In this document: positions 57,186-64,000 of the stretch, one piece after another
Layout of the letters: each line of letters begins with the position of its first letter
Position numbering within the stretch: position 1 is the stretch's first letter
Source of the DNA: a virus
IMG/VR virus record: IMGVR_UViG_3300027141_000003
Coordinates: 32,001 to 96,000 of that record
Direction: 5' to 3' (one strand)
Length of the DNA stretch: 64,000 nt
The notes under the pieces: generated by a model
Seen by the model: only the letters and a program-made list of their open reading frames with translations
Told to the model about the DNA's origin: nothing
Databases searched by the model: none
Translations under genes and position numbers: made by a program

Positions 57186-60100
57186 TTATGCCTGGGCTTC
57201 TGTCCAAGATAGTCTTCCGAACACAGATGCTGTTGATGTTCCAATATTTTGAACAACGATTGTCAAAACATCTGGTCCGTCAGGATAAATTCCAACGTTA
57301 GAGGTTGTTCCTCCACCACCCAAGATTGAGTTTCCTAAATCACGAACATTTGATAGGTCGATTGAGTTTGCTCCAGATCCTAAGAAGAATCCTGCTGTAA
57401 CTTCACCACCTGTAACTGTTGTAGATCCACCAGAGTAATCTGAGATCTGAGATAGTGATGAGTTAGCAATACCTGCTACGTTACCAACTGCGTTTGTCCA
57501 AGTAGTTGCGGAGCTTGAAACTCCATTCAAAATTGCTGTAACAAGTAGGTTTGCTGCGCCCGAAGCCGTAGTAGCAGTTACATCAAGAGCCTTTAGGGCT
57601 AGCTGCATTCTGTTAATAAGTTCACGTTGTCCAAATGCTGCGGCAATACCGTTATCAACTGAAGGAGCAAGTCTTATTGCAAAGAGCGCTCTGCTTTGTC
57701 CTGATGCTACAGAAGTTGAAGTTCTTTGTCCGTAAGTAAACACGAGGGATTTATCTTCATCAAATCCGCCGTCCATAATTACTGAAGTTCCCCAGTGTGA
57801 TATAGAAGCTGCAAAGCTTGGGTAAGCTAGCTCTACCATTGTTGGTGACACTGGATCTAATGTAAATAGTTGAGCGCTTGTAGCTCCCATAGGGACTGCA
57901 ATGACTCCTGTTGGGTTTGCCGATAGTGCTGCAAAGCTAGTCTTGAGTGTTAGTCCATTTATAGAGTGAATAAATGTGCCTTCTGGGTAAGCTGCGCTAA
58001 TTAATCTCATACCAGCTTGTAGATTAGCCACGCTAGAAACTGTTCCTTCAGAAGAACCAACAGCTTGAGTTATGCTTAAGTTAGCTTCTCCTGCTCTACC
58101 TCTTGTAAGACCAGTAAATGATGTATCTGATTTTGCAGAGTAATTTACATACTCTACAGCAGATTCATTTTTAATTGCTAGAGTTCCAGCTTGTGGGAAT
58201 CCTGCTGTTGACCTTACATTTAGAGCTAAGTCTGTTGTCAAAACAGTTTGAGTTGTTGCTGTGTATGCTGGAGTAGTTGAAGATTCATAGCGTCCTGGAA
58301 GGTTTCCGCTTCGCATATATGCTTCTGTGTTAACGTTATTGTTAGGCATCTTGTGGCAATAAACAACGTCACCCTTTGGGCCTCTTACTCCCCATCTTAC
58401 GAAACCTGCACCATACCATGTGTAGTCAATATAGAACATCTGCATCTTTGAAAGATCGATATTATATTGGGATGGTCCTGTTCCATCTAGCTTGTCCATA
58501 TTAAATTCGGACTGTTTAATTCTAGTTTCTTGTGTTTTCGATATAATTGCAAATGATGTCGATGCGCCTCTGTAAGCAGGGCTAATAGTCATAGATGCAT
58601 CAGTTCCAATTCCAACTACCTTATAGGATTGTCCTCTAATTACAACGTAATCTCCTGGTATTAGCTGCTTTCCAAACGCAGTTGGGAAGTAAGCATCTGA
58701 CTGAGTAACTGTTGCTGAGTTTTGAGTAACGCTTACTTTACCAGAAAGCTGGAAAGTTGAATTTCTTTTAACTGCAGATAAATTTTGACCGTCATACTCC
58801 CAGAATAATCCATTTTGATTGTCAAACATTCCTAGTCTGTTTTGGCATCCATACCAAGACTCTACAGATACAAAGAATGCTCCTGTAGCAAGTGAGGATG
58901 ATGGGGTAGCTGGGGCTTCATAAGTAAACTTATCGTCTGAAAGAACATTTACAATTGCAAATGATCCATTGTATGCGGCTTGATCACATCCACCAACTTT
59001 TACTATTGTTCCTGGTTGCAGATTGTGTTTTTCTTTTGTTTGAACTGTTACTATAAGACCAACGCTTGAAATACTTTCAACTCCTGCGTATGGCTTTAAA
59101 ATTGTACCAGATGATACCTGAAGTCCTTTACCAGATTGATATCTAAAATATCTTCTAGTCTGTCTAATACATGATGCGTAGTTTGATGAAGCATTTGTGC
59201 CAAAGAGCACTCCTCCATCATTTGGTCTATGAGCAAAAGTAGATTGAGGTCTTACGTAAATTACCATTGGGCCTGCAAGAGTTCCCGTTGGGGCCGCATC
59301 TGCATAGTAAGAAAATGTTGATGGGCCAGTAATTTGAGCAACTTCCTGATTTCCATTTGGAGGATTAGTTGATGCTGTAGATCCTAGCACAACAATTTCA
59401 TTTCCAAGAGCAAGTCCGTGAGGAACTTGTGTTGTTACAGTTATCTTTCTTCCACTATATGTAAATGATGTTGGAAGGCCACCAATTGATGCTCCAGTAA
59501 AAAGATCTCCCTGGGTAATAAGAGTTTTATTAGGATCAAATATAGCTGTTATACCAGTTCTATTTACTGCGCTTGCAGCGTATGTAAATGTTGTGGTTCC
59601 ACCGCCAGATTCAATCACAAAGTTTCCATTTGCAGCGGTTAAGTATGTGTCAACTACGCTAATTGGAGTTCCGTTTGCTGGGGCTGCGCCTGATGATAGG
59701 GTTACTGAAACTGTTCTTCCTAAAGCAGCGTATGTAATTGAAGAAATATTAGCAATAGGGGTTGGTCGGGCAAAAGAAAATGGCTTGTTGTTATATAGCC
59801 CTAGATTTTCCCATTTTGTTTGCTGAATACCATATTCAAAGTCGGTGTCAATGAGTGCTTTAGGCTGAGTTACTCTTAGCTTATTTGTTGTATCCAGCAA
59901 AGTTTCTGCTGGCATAAATGTTTCGTTGGCATCATCAATTGTGATTTGGATCTTATCGTTAGAAGACATCGATGCAGTGTTGTATTCTAGAACAAGTGTC
60001 GTGTTCTCTACCATTGCGGTGCTTGTGCTTGTATTGTATGCAGTACATCCTAAGCTAGGATCTGAGAAGTTATAAATAACCTGATTTGTTGTTACGTTTG

Positions 60101-60203
60101 TAATCAACAGCAGTCTTTCTCTCAAAATTGTCTTTGGAATTGAGATCGTTCTCGTTGAAGGTGTAAATGTGTAGCTTGTCTCTAGTAATACTTTTCTTGC
60201 CAT
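57186..60203 (-). CDS. Large virion structural protein
   Basis: 1005 aa, beta-rich. TVTTQVPHGL/QTKEKHNL repeated small barrels, QTRRYFRYQSGKG and DYTWYGAG motifs seen in aquatic-phage structural proteins. Confidence 0.55.
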   Translation of the reverse strand: MARKVLLETSYTFTPSTRTISIPKTILRERLLLITNVTTNQVIYNFSDPSLGCTAYNTSTSTAMVENTTLVLEYNTASMSSNDKIQITIDDANETFMPAETLLDTTNKLRVTQPKALIDTDFEYGIQQTKWENLGLYNNKPFSFARPTPIANISSITYAALGRTVSVTLSSGAAPANGTPISVVDTYLTAANGNFVIESGGGTTTFTYAASAVNRTGITAIFDPNKTLITQGDLFTGASIGGLPTSFTYSGRKITVTTQVPHGLALGNEIVVLGSTASTNPPNGNQEVAQITGPSTFSYYADAAPTGTLAGPMVIYVRPQSTFAHRPNDGGVLFGTNASSNYASCIRQTRRYFRYQSGKGLQVSSGTILKPYAGVESISSVGLIVTVQTKEKHNLQPGTIVKVGGCDQAAYNGSFAIVNVLSDDKFTYEAPATPSSSLATGAFFVSVESWYGCQNRLGMFDNQNGLFWEYDGQNLSAVKRNSTFQLSGKVSVTQNSATVTQSDAYFPTAFGKQLIPGDYVVIRGQSYKVVGIGTDASMTISPAYRGASTSFAIISKTQETRIKQSEFNMDKLDGTGPSQYNIDLSKMQMFYIDYTWYGAGFVRWGVRGPKGDVVYCHKMPNNNVNTEAYMRSGNLPGRYESSTTPAYTATTQTVLTTDLALNVRSTAGFPQAGTLAIKNESAVEYVNYSAKSDTSFTGLTRGRAGEANLSITQAVGSSEGTVSSVANLQAGMRLISAAYPEGTFIHSINGLTLKTSFAALSANPTGVIAVPMGATSAQLFTLDPVSPTMVELAYPSFAASISHWGTSVIMDGGFDEDKSLVFTYGQRTSTSVASGQSRALFAIRLAPSVDNGIAAAFGQRELINRMQLALKALDVTATTASGAANLLVTAILNGVSSSATTWTNAVGNVAGIANSSLSQISDYSGGSTTVTGGEVTAGFFLGSGANSIDLSNVRDLGNSILGGGGTTSNVGIYPDGPDVLTIVVQNIGTSTASVFGRLSWTEAQA

Positions 60204-60207
60204 ATTC

Positions 60208-63200
60208 TTATTCTCCTAAGTGTATATCCACTGCCCTAAATGGATAAAGTGATTTTTTAGCTGTCTGATTATTCGGGCCCGACATGTATCTTGCTTCAAA
60301 CTTGGATCCTACTGGAACTGGTTCTCCAAACTGTACGAATCCATCATTATCAAATAAATACCCCTCGGACTGAATTGGACTTAGCCAATGAGTGCTTTGG
60401 TTTCCCAATACTTGTAGTATACCATTAATTGTTATTAAAAGCTTGTATGGGTTTGTTGGGGTAAAATTTGAACCATCATATTTTAATTGGAATCTTGATT
60501 CAGACCCGTCGAATTCATCAGAAATATCGTCTATAGGTAATATATCAGATCCAACGGCATCAGAAAGAGCTGCGGTTACGTATGCCCTGTTTACAGCATG
60601 CCCATCTTCTGTAGGAGCTACTACAGATATAGGGGCTGTGCCAAAATTGACACCAGTAATAGTAGGACTTGTTAGTGTTTTATTTGTAAGCGTTTGTGTA
60701 CCAGTAAGAGTTACCACCCCTGGTAAATTATTTGTTAAAGGATCAATTGTTTTGTTAGTAAGAGTTTGGGTTCCAGTTAATGTGGCTATACCAACAAGTG
60801 TGTTGCTTGCGGAACTAATTGTTTTATTAGTAAGTTCCTCAGTGCTATTTGGAAGTACTACTCCAACCAATTGGTTATTTGTGACATTAATTGTTTTATT
60901 AGTAAGAGTTTCAGTGCCAGTAAGAGATACAAAATCATCATCAGTTAGTGCAGTATTAAATTGAGCAAGTGTACCTGTCAATGTATTGCTAGCTAGACTT
61001 ATACTTTTATTGGTGACTAAGTCAGTGCTATCTGGAAGGAGTACTCCAACAAATGTGTTGTTGCTTGCGCTTATTGTTTTGTTGGTTAAAGTCTGGACAT
61101 TTGCTTGTCCAACAATCGCACCTGATGCACCGTGGGCTTGTGTTAGGGAAGCGTGTCCCGTGACCTCTGCTGATGCAGCTGATGCTGTAATTGCTGCTAC
61201 ATCTTTAACAAATTCAGTTGTTGCAATTTTATTGCTATCGTCAGTTGATGCTTGAGTTACAGCTTGAGTTGCAGATGGAAGAATAACAGTCCCAGTAAAT
61301 GTTGGTGCATCTAATGTAGCTTTAAGTCCTAGATCTGTAGTTAATCCTGATATCTTAGACTGTGCAATTGCTGCTGTTGCAGAAACATCTGCATCTACAA
61401 TTGTTCCATCAAGAATCATAGCTGAAGTTACTGTTCCTGTTGGAAGAGTTACTGTTCCAGTAAATGTTGGAGAAGCAAGTGGCGCTTTAGTTCCTACTAG
61501 TGTAGTTAGAGCAGCAGAAGCTGTATCATCTGCAACCATTAAATCTTGTAATTCTTTTAATGTGTCATATGCTGCTCCTGCACCATTAGTTAGATCTGAT
61601 ACTACAGACTTAACATATGCGGTTGTTGCAACCTGTGTTGTATTTGTTGAAGAAGCTGCTGTTGGCGCCGTTGGAATTCCAGTTAATGCTGGAGAAGCAA
61701 GTGGGGCCTTAAAATCAAGTGCTGTCTGAGTGGCAGTTGAAATGGGCTTGGCAGCATCTGTTGTGTTGTCTACGTTTGCTAAACCAACATCAGACTTAGT
61801 TATACCAGTTGGGGTATTAATTGTTGGCGAATTTAAAGTTTTGTTAGTTAAGGTTTGAGTACCAGTTAAAGTGGCTGCTCCAGTAATCGTATTGCTTGCA
61901 GTATCAATTGTTTTGTTTGTAATAATCTGAGTGCCAGTTAAAGTGGCTACAGTTGGGTCAATCTCTAAGGTTATTGTGTTATTTGTTACTGCAGAAGTAA
62001 TTCCTGTTCCACCTGCAACGGTTACAGTATCTGTTAACAAACTTACTGTATCTGTTCCAGTGTCTCCAGCTATAGAAAGAGCGGTTGCAAGGGCAGCTGT
62101 TGAGGCCGCTGTTAGACGTCCCTGTGCATCTACTGTAAATGTAGGAATTGCAGTTGAAGATCCATATGAACCCGCTGTTACCGCTGTATTGTCAAGATCT
62201 ATTGTAATGGTATTTGCTACGTCATCGTATGTTTTTGTAAGAGCAACTCCTGCAACAATTGCTGTATTTACTGCATCTTGTGCTAGCTCTGTGATTGCAG
62301 AAGAATCTGCCTTGAGGTTTAAAGCTGTTTGGGTAGCTGTAGATACAGGCTTATTTGCGTCTGACGTGTTATCAACATTTGCAAGCCCTACATCAGATTT
62401 TGTAATCCCAGTTGGGGTGTTAATAACTGGAGATGTTAAAGTTTTATTAGTAAGAGTTTCTGTTCCTGCAAGTGTCGCAAGATCTGCGTCAGTAACTGAT
62501 GTATTGAATTGTGCAATTGTTCCTGATACTGTATTTGAGCCAAGATCAACTGTCTTATTTGTAAGAGTTTCTGTGGCATTTTTTAATAGAGTACCGTTTA
62601 AATATAGAGACTTTCCTGAAGCAAGGTCTATGTTTTCTGATGAAGTCCATGCGTCTGTAGCGTCTACCCAGTTAAGTGTCTTATCTGTTGTACCCTTTAA
62701 TGTTATACCGCCACCATTAGCGGTTGCATCTGTTGGAGTTGCTGTATCTCCAAGGACAATATTCTTGTCTTCAACCACAAGATTAGTTGAGTTAAGATTT
62801 GTCGTAGTTCCATTTACAGTCAAGTCGCCAGATATTGTTAAATTAACCGCAGTGGCTGTTCCTGTTAATGCTGGTGAGGCTAGTGGAGCCTTGAGATCAA
62901 GGGCGGTCTGAGCTGCAGTTGATATTGGCTTTAGTGCGTCAGTTGTATTGTCAACATTTGAAAGACCAACATCGCTTTTTGTAATTCCAGTTGGTGTATT
63001 AATTGTTGGAGATGTAAGGGTTTTATTTGTAAGTGTCTGTGTGTTGGTTGTACCAACTACGGCGCCTGTTGCGCCATGTGCTGCTGTAAGATCTGTGTGT
63101 GCTGTAATATCTGAAGTAAGTGCTACTGTTCCAGAACTATTTGGGATTGTGATTGTTCTATTAGCTGTTGGTTGTGTAGCCGTTAATGTTGTTGTAAAGT

Positions 63201-63504
63201 TATAGGCATCGTCATTCCAAAGAATAACTGAGTTTTCTGGGATAATTAAGTCGCCGTTCGCATCAAGTTCTGCTGGTCCTCCAGGATTTCCTTGATCGGA
63301 TACGAGTATATAGTTTCCAAGGCTGTTAGTTAGTCCAGAAGGAGTAACGTTTGCATATCCAGAAGTAGCATTCCATGCTGAGCCGTTACCAATTTTAAAT
63401 TTAAGGGTATCTGTTTCAATACCAATTTCACCTGCTCGTAATGTTGGGTTTACTGAAGTCCAATTTGCTGCTGTGTCTCTGCGTAATTGAATTCTAATTG
63501 CCAT
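60208..63504 (-). CDS. Tail-fibre-like protein with Mtd_N-type N-terminus and internal repeats
   Basis: [39 protein letters not shown], many TxTLTNKT units, and three KSDVGLxNVDNT..KPxSTAxQTAL units. Confidence 0.75.
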   Translation of the reverse strand: MAIRIQLRRDTAANWTSVNPTLRAGEIGIETDTLKFKIGNGSAWNATSGYANVTPSGLTNSLGNYILVSDQGNPGGPAELDANGDLIIPENSVILWNDDAYNFTTTLTATQPTANRTITIPNSSGTVALTSDITAHTDLTAAHGATGAVVGTTNTQTLTNKTLTSPTINTPTGITKSDVGLSNVDNTTDALKPISTAAQTALDLKAPLASPALTGTATAVNLTISGDLTVNGTTTNLNSTNLVVEDKNIVLGDTATPTDATANGGGITLKGTTDKTLNWVDATDAWTSSENIDLASGKSLYLNGTLLKNATETLTNKTVDLGSNTVSGTIAQFNTSVTDADLATLAGTETLTNKTLTSPVINTPTGITKSDVGLANVDNTSDANKPVSTATQTALNLKADSSAITELAQDAVNTAIVAGVALTKTYDDVANTITIDLDNTAVTAGSYGSSTAIPTFTVDAQGRLTAASTAALATALSIAGDTGTDTVSLLTDTVTVAGGTGITSAVTNNTITLEIDPTVATLTGTQIITNKTIDTASNTITGAATLTGTQTLTNKTLNSPTINTPTGITKSDVGLANVDNTTDAAKPISTATQTALDFKAPLASPALTGIPTAPTAASSTNTTQVATTAYVKSVVSDLTNGAGAAYDTLKELQDLMVADDTASAALTTLVGTKAPLASPTFTGTVTLPTGTVTSAMILDGTIVDADVSATAAIAQSKISGLTTDLGLKATLDAPTFTGTVILPSATQAVTQASTDDSNKIATTEFVKDVAAITASAASAEVTGHASLTQAHGASGAIVGQANVQTLTNKTISASNNTFVGVLLPDSTDLVTNKSISLASNTLTGTLAQFNTALTDDDFVSLTGTETLTNKTINVTNNQLVGVVLPNSTEELTNKTISSASNTLVGIATLTGTQTLTNKTIDPLTNNLPGVVTLTGTQTLTNKTLTSPTITGVNFGTAPISVVAPTEDGHAVNRAYVTAALSDAVGSDILPIDDISDEFDGSESRFQLKYDGSNFTPTNPYKLLITINGILQVLGNQSTHWLSPIQSEGYLFDNDGFVQFGEPVPVGSKFEARYMSGPNNQTAKKSLYPFRAVDIHLGE

Positions 63505-63920
63505 TATGCACCACCTCCGTCAATATAATCACCTAGAAAATTTGAACTATTACTTCCTGAATTTGCAAAAATTCTAGAGTCATCGACATACTCTCCATAA
63601 TTTACGTCTTCTACTATACCACTTGATACGTTGTGGGTGTGCTCCAAAATTTCTTTTGGTCCCGCAACATCATACCAAGCTTGTCCATTGTAGCCTTTAA
63701 ATGTATTTTCTGATGTATCAAAATAAAGTTGCCCTAAATCTGGATTAGCTGGTGGTCCTGATAATACTGAAACTCCTGTAGAAACATTTTCCCAAGCCGT
63801 ACCAGAATAAAACTTTAGCTTTCCAGTTACACTATTATAGTAAATAGCTCCAGCTATTCCTACAGATGGATCTGCAGTAAGCGCTGGTGGTGCTATAGGC
63901 GTTAAGAATTTTTTTGTCAT
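63504..63920 (-). CDS. Small fibre-associated protein
   Basis: Two GxxYY/FxxxxxxxKxYxGxxW units, Pro-rich. Confidence 0.55.
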   Translation of the reverse strand: MTKKFLTPIAPPALTADPSVGIAGAIYYNSVTGKLKFYSGTAWENVSTGVSVLSGPPANPDLGQLYFDTSENTFKGYNGQAWYDVAGPKEILEHTHNVSSGIVEDVNYGEYVDDSRIFANSGSNSSNFLGDYIDGGGA

Positions 63921-63923
63921 ACT

Positions 63924-64000
63924 TTATCCGACAATAACTACTCTGTATGCTCCAGCTGTTGGCTGTGCTGCAAATGTTAGAGTTGCTGTTGAAGTAGATG
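63924..64000 (-). CDS. C-terminal fragment of a fibre-like protein (5' end outside the window)
   Basis: Translation ...STSTATLTFAAQPTAGAYRVVIVG* ends 3 nt before the next ATG. Confidence 0.6.
   Translation of the reverse strand, partial: STSTATLTFAAQPTAGAYRVVIVG

Noticed and set aside
361-63205. Plus-strand ORFs in the track (e.g. 61931..62911, 43751..44329, 23494..23979)
   Set aside because: All lie antisense to well-supported minus-strand genes and have no recognisable motifs.
60208-63504. Diversity-generating retroelement (suggested by the Mtd_N-like domain)
   Set aside because: No reverse transcriptase in the window and no TR/VR pair noticed. The internal repeats are ordinary degenerate fibre repeats.
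1-64000. tRNA/rRNA genes, integrase, transposase, lysis genes, alternative genetic code
   Set aside because: Intergenic gaps are short and no cloverleaf was seen. No ORF has the relevant motifs, and genes are intact under the standard code. Checked by eye only.

Overview
All 64 kb appear to come from a large tailed dsDNA phage (siphovirus-like, long tape measure). Every credible gene is on the minus strand. Reading in transcription direction (right to left): (i) fibre/virion-appendage genes (~56.7-64 kb); (ii) a 530-aa protein with Fn3-like domains, 23 tandem FF(S/A/G)PPx hexapeptides and a C-terminal Hint (intein-like) domain, directly followed by nine tightly packed putative modification genes (six 2OG-Fe(II)/prolyl-hydroxylase-type oxygenases and three DUF6065-like proteins, 48.7-55.0 kb); (iii) a LamG-like protein, portal, prohead protease/scaffold, major capsid, head-tail joining proteins, major tail, tail assembly chaperones with a -1 slippery site, a 2261-aa tape measure and minor tail proteins (17.6-48.7 kb); (iv) a replication/recombination module (metallophosphoesterase, DnaB-like helicase, primase, gp32-like SSB, DnaE, RecA, Holliday junction resolvases, Cas4-like nuclease; 5.1-17.6 kb); (v) a methyltransferase, a DUF1599/Nmad1 protein, an HTH protein and a sugar-modification island (HAD + nucleotidyltransferase + GT61-like fusion and a second GT61-like paralogue; 1-5.1 kb). 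Gene order resembles the large actinobacteriophages (Streptomyces BE/BK-like). Low GC and several SigA-type promoters placed 6-8 nt before ATG suggest a low-GC actinobacterial host (inference). The leading candidate for a novel system is the Pro/Phe-repeat-Hint protein plus its hydroxylase array, a possible phage post-translational modification (extensin-like or RiPP-like) pathway. Other notable signals: a gene-32-type pseudoknot in the SSB leader and a nuclease-like cassette inside the tape measure. All family assignments come from motifs read by eye, with no database search.
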